A stretch of 64,000 nt of DNA, taken from positions 87,296,001-87,360,000 of the forward strand of contig NC_042998.1 of NCBI RefSeq assembly GCF_006345805.1, written 5' to 3'. Shown here one piece after another: positions 1 to 11,668 of the stretch. The notes under the pieces are model-generated. The model searched no databases. It had not been told where the DNA came from and saw only the letters and a program-made list of their open reading frames with translations. Position numbers and translations under genes: made by a program. Numbering within the stretch: position 1 is the stretch's first letter; every line of letters starts with the position of its first letter. This stretch comes from Octopus sinensis (taxonomy: Eukaryota).

Positions 1-599
1 GTGCACACACACACACTCATATTGGTAAGAAAAAGAAGAAGAAATGAAGTAATTTTTCCTTAGTTTATTTATATACAGGTAGAATTTTCCAAAGAAACGA
101 AGTAAAATGAAATAAAATAGAATAAAACAGAACATTTATGTTATTACATTTAATGATCTTTATAGCTGGACATGCTTTCTAACACTTGTGACTTTACAGG
201 GTGTTCTGAATGTGTTTTATTGTGGCTCTAACATTAGAGCAGTTACCATGTCCTTAGACTGACACAAGGTCCTCTCAACCCTACATTGTTTCCTTTCATT
301 TGCTAACAACTTTATAAAGTGAACTGGGTACATGGCACCAGCACTGGTGAGGTTAGATGGTGTCTTGCAAGACAAAAGGATCTTCAATACTCTATGTTGT
401 CGTTTATTCAAAGCAACATGACAATAGAATGAGTAGAACAGAGAGTGATGACAAAAGAACCAAGGTGAGTGGGTAAAGAGAGAGAGTGTGTGTGATAAGA
501 GAAACAGTGATAGATTGGCAAGGGAAAATCAAAGCAGCAGGTGAGAAAAGCAGATGGAGATTCAACATGGACGTATTAGGTGAACAACTGACAAAGATG

Positions 600-900
600 T
601 GCCTCCTTGCCTCCATCACTACCACCAGTTTAATGTTTATTTCACCATGCTTGCACTAGTGAATGAGTTTTCTCAGCATCATGTATGGCTAATGGTTGTA
701 GTCCTATGCCATTTCCTATGTAAGTATCAGCATCCTGAGATCAGTCCTCATCACTTTATCAAGTGTCTTTCCACTCATTTCGACTGTCTGACACTTCTTT
801 GTACTGTTGTCATTCTCCATACACTTCATTGGCACAGTCTTTGATCTAGCTCACTATGACTGATTTTCCTTACTTCCAGTTTTTCACTCAACTCATTTGT
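600..900 (-). mobile_element. Degraded RTE LINE 3' ORF fragment
   Basis: Minus strand resembles the RTE C-terminal region (...GKTLDKVMRTDLRML-like, equivalent to RPRKTWDEVVKHDLRTL in the 25.8-kb copy); many lesions. Confidence 0.4.
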
Positions 901-1449
901 ATTCTGACATTTACATAACTCACTTGAAAATGTCTGTTTAATAGCTTACTAGTCTTTACAATTCCTCAGTATTCATGACCCTCATCTTACTATCATGCAA
1001 CATCAAAGTTCATACACAATTATCATGCAATCTATTCTTCATCCTGAGAAATAAAGCCTATCAGAGGCATATCTAAGGCTTCTCTTGGTCAGAACTGAAC
1101 ATGCATCCACACCTGGGCAAAGGTTTTCAAAAAGACTACTCATTGCTAATGTAACAAGTTTCTCCTCTCTATGCCATTGATATTTTCCAAAGGAATGATA
1201 AGGCTGGTATGGCTTGGCACCAGTGTTGTGGCAGGTAGTGCCTTCAGAATACATTGAGCTGTAACTGATACCACAAAGTATTTTGTCCAGCACTCCAACC
1301 ATTCCACTAATCCACCCAACCCCATTGCATCAGCTATGCTTTATTATCCTCAAAAGTAAGAAAGGCAAAAGTCGATCTTGGTAGAATTTGAAGCATGATT
1401 AAAGAGTGCAGAGAGAGGAAAGTGAGTGGAGCAAACCTCAATATATAAT

Positions 1450-1822
1450 GAGTCAGGGGTGCTACTGGATAGCAATGATACAGAGGAACAGGGTCATGAG
1501 GACAAGATTGAGGAGTAAGAGCTTGGCATAGTGTTTGAAGGAGGAAATGTGAGGAAGAGAAGAGATGTAGATTGGTTTGTTGGGGTAGGGTGTGTGAAAA
1601 GTTTTCTTGTTACTTGTGGGTGGAACTCACAGATCAGGCGTTAGTGGATAGCAGTGATACAGTGAGACAGGGCCAAGAGGACAAGATTGGCGAGTGGGAG
1701 GTAAGCATAATGAATGAAGTAGAAATGTGAGGAAGAGAAGAAATATAGAGATGTAGTTTGGTTTGCTGTGGCACGGTGTTTGAAAAATTTCCTTGTTAAA
1801 CGTGGGTGGGATACACAGCACT
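1450..1822. repeat. Diverged tandem duplication, about 185 bp x2
   Basis: Shared blocks ggatagca.tgatacag, gaggacaagattg, gaaatgtgaggaagagaag, gatgtag.ttggtttg and gtgggtgg occur at ~1467-1630 and again at ~1645-1815. Confidence 0.7.
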
Positions 1823-1854
1823 TCTAGAACTCAGTTTTATTGATGTGGGTGGGT

Positions 1855-2429
1855 CTTCTCAAGTACCTCATATTGCCAGACATCTCAGTCTATTGTCATT
1901 TCCTCCGTGATGCCAAACATTCTTTCAGTGACCAGCACTTCTTTATACAGCTATCTTCATTCATAGCCATCACATATCCAAACCAATGCTACATTTGATT
2001 TCTCTCTTGCCCAACTTTTCTCTCAATACATTTGCAGTAATTTAATGCGCACTGATGTTGCACATCCAACAGAGCATACTACCTTCATTTCTCTCCAGTC
2101 CTCACAAGTCTTCCACCACACATGTCTCACTACCATGAAGTATAGCCGTTTGCATACAAGCATCATATATTCTATCTTTCACTCTGAGGGAGAGTCCTTT
2201 CATTGCCAACAGAGGCAATAGCTCTCTGAACTTCATCCACCCAATTCTTATTCTAGAAACAATACTTTCAGAGCATCCTCCACCATTACTAATTTGGTCA
2301 TCTAGATAACAGAGACTATCTACAACCTCAAAAGATAGTTTCTGTTACCTAGGTGACCAAATTAGTAACGGTGGAAGATGCTCTGAAAGTATTATTTCTA
2401 GAATAAGAATTGGGTGGAGGAAGTTCAGA
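1855..2429 (-). mobile_element. 5'-truncated RTE RT fragment ending in a fold-back inverted duplication
   Basis: Minus strand encodes EVVDSLCYLDDQISNGGGCSESIVSRIRIGWMKFRELLPL, homologous to the RT at ~25370-25500. 2225-2321 is the reverse complement of 2333-2429 (about 7 mismatches in 97 bp). Confidence 0.85.
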
Positions 2430-2517
2430 TATATGTGTGTGTGTGTGTATATATATATAAAAACATATATATATATATATATATATGTATGTATATATGT
2501 ATGTATGTATGTCTGTA

Positions 2518-2875
2518 TGGTGGATGCGCAATGGACTTGTGGTCATAGGATTGCGGTTTCAATTCTCAGACTGGACATTGTGAGTGTTTATTGAGCGAAA
2601 ACACCTAAAAGCTCCTCGAGGCTCCAGTAGTAGGTGGTGGTGAACCCTACTGAAGTCTTTCACCACAACTTTCTCTCACTCTTTCTTCTTGTTTCTGTTG
2701 TACCTGTATTTCAAAGGACCAGCTTTGTCACACTCTGTGTCACCATGAATCTCTCTGAGAACTACATTAAGGAAACATGTGTCTGTGGAGTGCTCAGCCA
2801 CTTGAACGTTAATTTCACAAGCAGGCTGTTCTGTTGATTGGATAAACTGGAACCCTCGTCGTCGTAACTGACATA
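2518..2875 (+). mobile_element. tRNA-derived SINE
   Basis: Degenerate tRNA-like head (..gcggtttcaattctc, B-box-like); its 3' half (gtacctgtatttcaaagg...gtggagtgctcagccacttg) recurs at ~47025-47210. Confidence 0.65.
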
Positions 2876-3101
2876 GTGCCACAATGTATGTTTGGATGTA
2901 TGTATGGATATGTGTGTGTGTGTGCATGTGTGTGTGTATGTATGTATGTATGTATGTGTGTATGTATGCATGTGTTTATGTATGTATACATGCATGTATG
3001 TACGTGTGTATGTATATATACACACACATGCAAATATTTCTTTGTGCATATCTATACACATACACACACACACATATATATATCTTCTGTTTTACTTTCA
3101 G

Positions 3102-3180
3102 ACTGTATTGTTGTAATTGCGTCCATCTTTGTCCTGTGTGTTGGTTTCAATGGACAGGTTTTTGCTACTTCTGCCATCAG
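3102..3180 (+). CDS. KCNQ1: Internal exon of a KCNQ1-like (Kv7) voltage-gated potassium channel, S3 and S3-S4 linker to the start of S4
   Basis: Polypyrimidine tract plus AG (ttctgttttactttcag) at 3085-3101 and GTGAGT donor at 3181. Translates (D)[25 protein letters not shown](R), versus recalled human KCNQ1 [27 protein letters not shown]. Length 79 nt and phases 1/2 match the corresponding vertebrate exon as I recall it. Confidence 0.92.
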
Positions 3181-3589
3181 GTGAGTAATTCCACACTACT
3201 GATTTATTTAATTATACATTTGTTTAGATTCTTTGAAAGAAAGAAAAAAGAAACCAATAACAACATTTCTAATGATCTTCATAAAATAATAAAAGAATAA
3301 AAAGCAACCAAAATTAAAATATATTCCCGTCTACTAACCCCAAACCTGAACTTTGATCAAAGATGATCTTCCTACCTTTAGAACAAACGAGATGTTATTG
3401 TTGTTTAGTGAGAATCCTACCCTGATTGAGAAGATATGATCAAAAGTGTTAAAGGTATTTTCAGACATAAGACACCCATAGTTTGTATCAGTTGAATGCC
3501 CTTCTTTATGCAGAGTGGTGGCCTGAGTGCCTTTTATGTGACACCAGCACCAGCAAGGTCAGCTATGATAAAGCAGACCTCAGAGTGGT

Positions 3590-3985
3590 GGGCATTAGGA
3601 ACAGCATCCAGCTATAAAAAACCATGCCAAAGCAGATAGTGGAGCTTAGCACAGTCCTCTGGCTTACCATCTCCTGTCAAACTGTCCAACCGATGCCAGC
3701 ATGGAAGATAGACGTCAAATGATAATAATGATGATGCAAGGCAATATTATGCAATGTGTCCTTCCTTTTTTAACACAGAAGGTTGTACCTAAGGGAGAGC
3801 TAGCTACCATTTATAGCATGGGGATCAACCATATTAATGCTTCTTAATTAGCTCCTGTACTAATATGTTATGTACATATATGTTATGAGCCTGGTGTAGC
3901 CTTCTGGCTTGCCAGCCCTCAGTCAAACCGTCCAACCCCAGCCAGCATGGAAAGCGGACGTTAAATGATGATGATGATGATGATG
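3590..3985 (+). mobile_element. Two short RTE 3'-tail copies
   Basis: ggcattaggaacagcatccagc...ccagcatggaa...gacgtcaaatgataataatg (3590-3735) and gtcaaaccgtccaaccc...ggaaagcggacgttaaatgatgatg (3895-3985); same terminus as the RTE at 27160-27330. Confidence 0.8.
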
Positions 3986-4006
3986 AAGGTGGTGGTGGTG
4001 GTGGTG

Positions 4007-4037
<31 letters not shown>

Positions 4038-4110
4038 GGTGGTGGTGGCGGCGGCGACGACGACGACGACGACGATGATGATGATAAGGAGGAGGAGGAG
4101 GAGGAGGAAA
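3965..4110. repeat. Compound trinucleotide microsatellite (GAT/GGT/GTT/GGC/GAC/GAG)
   Basis: Direct reading. Confidence 0.95.
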
Positions 4111-4493
4111 CATGTTTAAGTCCAGCTGGAATATTTATTCCTTCATACCCTGAGTTTGCTGAGCATGAACCTGCAATATGATCTGAATCTTATATCTAAT
4201 TAGGTTTTAAAAGGATCCTTAAAAACTACAGCATCTTGTAATTTATATGGGAAATATTACTCTGACATGAGAACTTGTCTTCAAGCTATACACATGGAAG
4301 CAACTGAAATAAATACTATAAGATAATGCTGTACCAGATTTAAGCTGCTCTTGCTGTTTGCAATGGTAGCATCTCTCTACAGGATGTTGATGAACTGGCT
4401 TTTTAATTTTGTAATCTAGTAATAGAGAGAAAAAGAAAAGGTTTTATTATTTTGGAGTAAAATCCTGAGAAAATAAGGCTGGAAGTAAATAAA

Positions 4494-4930
4494 GCAGGGA
4501 GCACATCATCATTATCATATTCATCATCGTTTAGCATCTATTGTCCATGGGTTGGATGGTTTGTCCCTGTGTTGGACATTGTCCATGGGTTAGACGGTTT
4601 GACCAGGGCAGGGAGCACATCATCACCATCATATTCATCATCCATTTAGCATCCATTGTCCATGGGTTGGACGGTTTGTCCCTGGGTTGGACATTGTTCA
4701 TGGGTTAGATGGTTTGACCAGGGCAGGGAGCACATCATCACCATCATATTCATCATCCATTTAGCATCCATTGTCCATGGGTTGGACGGTTTGTCCCTGG
4801 GTTGGACATTGTTCTTGGGTTTGATGGTTAGACCAGGGCTGACTGTACCTGACTCTAGTCTGATTTTATATGGTTTCTACGACTGGATGCCTTTCCTAAC
4901 ACCAACCACTCTGAGAGTGTAATGGGTGCT
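4494..4930 (-). repeat. RTE 3'-tail copy with terminal ~114-bp unit tandemly triplicated
   Basis: gcagggagcacatcatca...ttagcatc.attgtccatgggttgga begins at 4494, 4608 and 4723; followed by tail motif ctggatgcctttcctaacaccaaccactc. Confidence 0.85.
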
Positions 4931-5794
4931 TTTACTTGCTTCCATGACTATGATTTCACTTGACTTGATGGGTCTTCTTCTAAAGCATGTCATTTGTCAT
5001 TACTTCCGTGAGGCACATGGTAAAGAAATTGTAGTTGGGGGAAGGATGGTTAGTAAAGCAGTGAAATTACTAGTGTCTTAATTCTATTGAATTTATTGAA
5101 GTCACAGGAATAGTGAAGTGTATTAAAAGAAGCAACAATTCTTCTTTTCTTTTCACAGCACCAGTTAAGGGTCAAAACTTCCACTGGTACTGTGGAGCCA
5201 TGTGAATGCAGCCATTTGCATCATTTAAGTTATAGATAATTTTCTTTGGCTTAGAGAAAGAAAGGCAGTGTTTATGGTCCTTTTCATGAATGACAGGGTG
5301 GAAAAGAATAACCCTGAAACAGGTACCCAAAGGTCAGGTGGTGCTATTCAACTTAACAGAAGATGAAGTCTACTACTGAGATTATTAAGGCTTACAAATG
5401 AAATTATTTCCAAAGTAAAGGTCAAAAGATATATGACATTAGTTGATTGTGTCAGTCATGTATTGCAGGAAGTGGTTATGCTAGTATGGATATGTGATCG
5501 AAATTAATTACAGAGCTGTTCAAGGTAGCTCTAGTAGGATTAGACTGAGTTATAGGGAGAAACAGGTATAGGGAGAAACTGTATGATTGGTCCCCACTGA
5601 TGAAATAACAAAGAGAGGAGTTGTACTGGTTCACACAGGACTACATTTCGAGTTGAATTCACATTTTATTGGTCTTACATGTCTTGCACAGCCTGCAACA
5701 GTCATGGACGCTGTCACTTTCTCCAGTTTAAACCATAAACAAACAACAAAAATATATGCAAGTAAAGAGAAAATAAAATCTGACAAGATGATAT

Positions 5795-5828
<34 letters not shown>

Positions 5829-6000
5829 GGTGGTGGTGGTAATGACGACGACAATGACAGTGGTGGTGGTGGTGGTGGTGGTGGTGGTGGTGGTAATGAG
5901 GATGTGGTGGTGGTTCTAATGATGATAGTGATGATCATAGCAATGATAATGATGATGACAGCCATGAGGAAAACAACAGTGATGATGATGATTATGATGA
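5795..6000. repeat. Compound (GAT)/(GGT) microsatellite
   Basis: Direct reading. Confidence 0.95.
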
Positions 6001-6227
6001 CGACTCTGATTAAAATTAATTGAAAGTGTATGTAAAAAAATATAAATGAATAAATAAGCATAAAATTAAAAAAAGAAAACTAAAATGTATCTGCCAAGTG
6101 AGAATTGAACATACACCACCCATGAGGAAACTAAAGAGGAAATAAAAAGAAGTAAAACAGGCTGCCAGGTTTGAATCAAGCATCAAATCAATGGTTAATG
6201 ATCTGTGTTCAGGTACATAATATATAA

Positions 6228-6248
6228 GTGTGTATGCGTGCATGTATG

Positions 6249-6289
<41 letters not shown>

Positions 6290-6344
6290 GTATGTATATG
6301 CTTATATATATATAGATGTATATACATATGTATATATATATATG

Positions 6345-6375
<31 letters not shown>

Positions 6376-6453
6376 GTATGTATTTTTTTTATTTATTTTA
6401 TTTTATTTTATCTAGTTTCAGCTCACGAGCTGTGGCCATGCTGGGGCACCGCC

Positions 6454-6489
<36 letters not shown>

Positions 6490-6650
6490 GTACATACACA
6501 TATATTTATACATATATATATGTGTGTATACATACATATATATACTTATATATATGTATATAAATATATACATATATGTGTGTGTGTGTGTGTGTGCATA
6601 TGTATACCTGCATATGAATATATATATATATAAAGAGAGAGAGAGAGATT
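6228..6650. repeat. Long interrupted (TA)n/(TG)n/(GA)n tract with a short SINE fragment at ~6410-6455
   Basis: Direct reading; embedded tttatctagtttcagctcacgagctgtggccatgctggggcaccgcc. Confidence 0.9.
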
Positions 6651-6813
6651 GCTATCAGTGACATCTTGCCAATTCTCACTTTGATTTTAACATATAGTTT
6701 CTGATATTTTGTCATCACAATCATCATCATCATTGTCATCATGGAATTGAATTTTTTTTAAAATCTACACATATAATATGCACATGTATGAATAACCATC
6801 CACACACAAACAC

Positions 6814-6847
<34 letters not shown>

Positions 6848-7569
6848 GATACACACACACACAAACAGTTGTACTCAAACACACATACACACACATACAT
6901 CATCATTATCATCATTATCATCAGCATCATTTAACATCAGTTGTCCATGCTGGCATGGGTTGTACATGAGCAAGAACTAAAATACCTATACTCATAGACA
7001 TTAAATTTATATAAATAAGGATAAGATCGTTATTTCAAATACTGATCATATCAAGTGGCTAGCATGGGAATAAAAACCTCACAGGTAATAATTATTATTA
7101 AAATTATAATCTAGGGTATCTAAAGATACCTTCATGCTAGATATAGCATCAGAAATTCATACAGCACCAGGAGAGAAGACAAAGAGATATAGATAATATA
7201 CACACAAAAAACAAAAATAGTTGTCACTTCCCTTAATATTCTTCACTGACCTCTTCACACCTGGATCCTTGTGACAATGTAGATACTTCATGAGGTAAAT
7301 AAATATTTTAGGGGTGGATACAAATAATAGTATGTAATGTATGTAATGTATTGGATTTGCGATGGACCAGTGTCCTGTCCAGGTGTGGAACTTATACACC
7401 AATGAAACCAGAAAACTGGCCCTTATGAGCCAGGCATAACTCAAGGGGGGAACAAACAACAATAATAACCATGTATTAGATTAAAGGTGATAAGTTGGCA
7501 CAATTGTTACCATGCTGGGAAAAAGGTTTGGTAGCATTTTGTACCCCCTTTATGTTCATCCTTATCATC

Positions 7570-7760
7570 ATCATTGTTTAATGTCTTCTTTCTATGCTGG
7601 CATGGGTTGGATGATTTGACTGAAAGCTGGTCAGCTGGGTGGGTGGGGGGTTTGCACCAGGTTCCAGTCTGATGTGACAAGGATTCTGCAGCTGGATGCC
7701 CTTCCTAATGCCAACCACTCTGCGAGTGTCGTGGATGTATTTTACTTGCCACTGGCATGG
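7570..7760 (-). mobile_element. RTE 3'-tail copy
   Basis: catcatc...ctatgctggcatgggttgg...gctggatgcccttcctaatgccaaccactc, the reverse complement of the family tail. Confidence 0.8.
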
Positions 7761-8039
7761 GTGCCACTGACCTGACATCAGCATTAGCCACAACTATGGT
7801 CTCACTTGTCTTGACAGGTCAACACAAGCACAGCATATTGTCAAGGGTCTTGGTCACCTGTCACTGCCTCCATGAGGCCCAACGCTTGAATGGTGCTTTT
7901 TTACATGTCACCAGCACTGGCATCAGCCACAACTACAATTTCACTTGGTTCAACAGGTCTTCACAAGCACAACATATCACCCAACAATTGAAGGGTGCTT
8001 TTAACAAGCCAGTTACACAACACTGGCATTGGCCATGAT

Positions 8040-8185
8040 TTTCTGAGTTCAAATTCTGATGAGATCAATGTTGCTGTTCACTCTTTCGGGGTTGATTAAA
8101 TAAGTACCAGTTGAGAACTGGGGTCAGTTTAATTGACTTACCCTTCTCCCAAAATTTCTGTGCCAAAATTTGAATCCAATATATT
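8040..8185 (+). mobile_element. tRNA-derived SINE, partial (family of 32005 and 50416)
   Basis: tctgagttcaaattctg...taaataagtaccagttg...ctggggtc shared with 28480, 32005, 50416 and 51452 copies. Confidence 0.75.
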
Positions 8186-8781
8186 GGGTTAAAAAAAGAA
8201 ACTTTGTATAGGAAAATGTTTGCAGGCTACTTATATAGTAGATGTGCTAACCATTACACTAAAGTAACTTTTAGTAGTTTTCCATTTATTTCAAAGCTTT
8301 CTTCTTACAAACTTTAGCATAATGGTAAGTATTTCTGTCACTTGGGCACAGAAGATGTGGGTTCAAGTCTTGCATGTAGCCTTCAACCTTTTTTATCAAC
8401 CTATAGTTTTGTAACACAAATATATTAATGTAGTTTATAGCTGTGTCTGTTTGCAGACTTATTCTCAAGTGATTTATTTCACATCCCTAAGTGTCAACTT
8501 TTTTAGGGTGTAGACTTACTTTCTCACTGGAACAAATAAAACTTAAAATTGGAAGGAAGAGTAGTTGAGAGTTACTTTAGTGAAATGGGTAGTTCAGTTC
8601 CTGAAGGTTGCCTTTCACCACTTTTTATGCAAAGGTTGTTTTCTTTAATCAACAGTATTACAGCCTGTTTATATCTGTATTCATTTTGAGACCAACCTGT
8701 GAATGATTTACATGTATATATATAAATATAAAAGATAAATAAATAAATGAGTTAAACACATCTGTTATTCAAATCTTTATA

Positions 8782-8869
8782 CTTCCGACATATGCTTCGA
8801 AGAAAACATTAGTATTATTCCAGAGGGAATAAAATGATGTAAAACAATGTGATCTTCTCATCAGGGAAA
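8782..8869 (-). ncRNA. Degenerate type I hammerhead ribozyme motif with long stem II
   Basis: Minus strand: TTTCC-CTGATGA-GAAG...(TATTCC-ctct-GGAATA inner hairpin)...CTTC-GAAG-C-ATAT-GTC-GGAAG. Stems I, II and III all pair; only deviation is GAAG for GAAA. Confidence 0.7.
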
Positions 8870-9517
8870 AAAGAGAAATAAAACACATCAATAAGCCATT
8901 TTAACCGAATGTGATGATTGCATATATGATGAAGGGAATGCTGGCAAGTTATTTTTTAAAAACCAAATGTTAATAGATTTAACATCAAATGCAATTTAGA
9001 GGAAGAGAAGGAGGAGAAAGAAAGAAATTTGCAGAAAACCAAGAATGGAGAAATATAGTGCGATAAATGAATGGGAATAAAGCTTAAAGGCGTGGAAATA
9101 GATATATTTAGTGGAAATGAAATATAAGAAGACAGTTAAAGGTCAAATTTTATAGATTGGTAGAAATTACTTATGGGAACTCCATTTCTTTATTTATCTA
9201 TGTTATACAAAAACATTTCACTAAACCCCGGAATTTCTACCTTTATAATTAGGCTGTGACATCTTTGATACTTATGTGAATTTTTTGCTACCCTGGTAAC
9301 TATTTGTTTATTTTTTCCATGTTATTTGTACACATTGAAAAAATACACATACATTTATATATATGTGTGTGTGTGTGTATGTATATGTATATATATATAG
9401 ATATACATACATATATACATATATATATTAGGTAATAAAACAAATGGCTTATATCTGATAGCTTACTGGTAAAGCATAGTCACTTCCACAGTGTTCATTG
9501 TATATATGGTAGATGAA

Positions 9518-10030
9518 AGATGGAAGATACAAGAATTTTTATTAATCACAATAATTGTTTCAACACATCTGGCATCGATCCCTCACGGGTGGGATACTTA
9601 ACAACTGGTTTAGGAACATCCAGCAGTGCAGATGTGCCTCTTAGGGTGATAAATAGGTATAACTCATTAAAATAACTGTTCTGCAATGTATTTTCTCATT
9701 TTTTGTAAAGAATAGCAGCAAAACAAAGGATATATCTTCATTTATATAGAAGATCAAAAATAAAGTTACAGATGCAAAAAAAGAAGCGAACATGCAATAC
9801 AGCAAGAAAAGTATTAAAAATAACCATTAACAGATATGAATGTACAAAATAAGAAGATACATTGTGTAACTGTTATTTTAAAGTATTATATCTATTTATC
9901 GCCTGAAAAGACATACCTGCACTGTGAGATGCTCCTGAACCAGTTGTTAAGTATCCCACCCATGATGGATTGGTGCTAGATGTGTCGAAACAATTGTCGT
10001 GATTAATAAAAAGTCTTGTATCTTCCATCT
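9518..10030. mobile_element. Inverted-repeat element (~190-bp arms, ~135-bp spacer), each arm carrying a degenerate hammerhead; Penelope-like pLTR or foldback element
   Basis: 9518-9706 is the reverse complement of 9843-10030 at roughly 80% identity by eye. Right arm: ATCGC-CTGAAAA-GACATAC...GATGTGTC-GAAAC-AATT-GTC-GTGAT (9898-10003). Confidence 0.75.
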
Positions 10031-10460
10031 TCTGTCTTTCCTTTATCATATAAATATATATATATATATAAAAATTCAAATAAGGGATACAAACCTCATT
10101 AAGGGATAATAAAATCCAATGAATATACTGGTTTATAACCTGTTACAAGAAGTGTTGAATATTACAATTAATAGTCAATTATAAGGTAACTGGATAAACC
10201 GGGGAGCGGTTTGGAGCCATACACTCAACTCACTGGTACATGAAAATCTAATGGTATATCTTTAGCCACCTCCAATGAGATTCAACTTTAAAATATTTTT
10301 AATTATCTCAATTCATTTCTAAAAGTCTTGAATCAAAACAGCTCTCAGAGATGAAATGTTACTTTCTAATTAATAAATAATTATTAATTTAATTATCTCT
10401 CTATTTTCTTATTTTCTTAAATATGTATATATCATCATCACCATCATCATTATGAACATG

Positions 10461-10875
10461 GATGATGCCTGTGTATGAACAGCTATGCTACATGGCAGTG
10501 AGACATGGGCTGTGACTACTGAGGACATGCAAAAGCTCGAAAGAAATTAAGCAAGCATGCTCTGCTGGATGGGTAATGTCAGTGTTCATGTACAACAGAG
10601 TGTGATTTGAAAGAAAAATTGAGTATACAAGGCATCAGATGTAGTGTGCAAGAGAGAAGACTGTGCTGGTATGTTCATGTGATGCATATGAATGAGGAAG
10701 CTGCATCAAGAAGTGCCAATTTCTTATTGTGGAAGGAATGTGTGGAAAGGGTAGACCCAGGAAGATATGGGACAAAGTGATGAGAAATGATTTTCAGACT
10801 TTAGACCTCACAGAGGAGATGACAAGGGATTGAGACTTCTGGCAGTTTGCTGTATTTGTGAAGATATGTCAAGCT
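10461..10875 (+). mobile_element. RTE RT C-terminal fragment (pseudogenised)
   Basis: DACV*TAMLHGSETWAVTTEDMQKLERN*ASML..., homologous to 25530-25950; contains stops and indels. Confidence 0.85.
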
Positions 10876-10934
10876 TAGTCAAATCATGGCTGTCCATACG
10901 TACAGCATGTTTTCTACTTCCCTTTCTCAGCTAA

Positions 10935-11119
10935 GAGGTTCTAAAAAAACCTAGTACACTCTGTAAAGTGGCTGGCATTAGGAAGGGCATCCAGCCATAG
11001 AACCCATGCCGAAACAGACAAAAGAGAGCCTGGGCAGCTCTCCAGCTGGCCAGCTCCTGTTGAACTGTACAATGCATGGCAGCATGGAGAACAGACATTA
11101 AATGATGATGATGATGATG

Positions 11120-11190
<71 letters not shown>
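10935..11190 (+). mobile_element. RTE 3'-tail copy followed by (GAT)n and (GATA)n
   Basis: ggcattaggaagggcatccagc...gcatggagaacagacattaaatgatgatg, then about 17 GATA units (11121-11190). Confidence 0.8.
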
Positions 11191-11489
11191 CAGACATGTG
11201 TATGGATACACAGGCAGACAAACTGACTGTCAGACCAATAGATAGATATTATTTGCAGATTAAAATGTTTCATGTAGAAGAATTGCTACAATTTTCAAAT
11301 GATCGACTTTAAAATAATGGTAACGGCCTTCGTTATGGATAAAATTATGTTGAGCATTTTGGTATGCATTGCTTGAAAACTGTGGAAATTCTTTGCACAT
11401 GAAACCATTGGTAGCACTTTTAATCCACAAATAAAGAGATTTTCTACCAAATTTAATGTTGAACTCTCATTCTCAGTGTTTGATATTAA

Positions 11490-11521
<32 letters not shown>

Positions 11522-11603
11522 TGTGTGTGTGTGTGTGTTTGTGTGTGTGTATGTGTGTGTAAGTATGTATATATAAATATGTGTGTGTACATATACACAC
11601 ACA

Positions 11604-11666
<63 letters not shown>

Positions 11667-11668
<2 letters not shown>

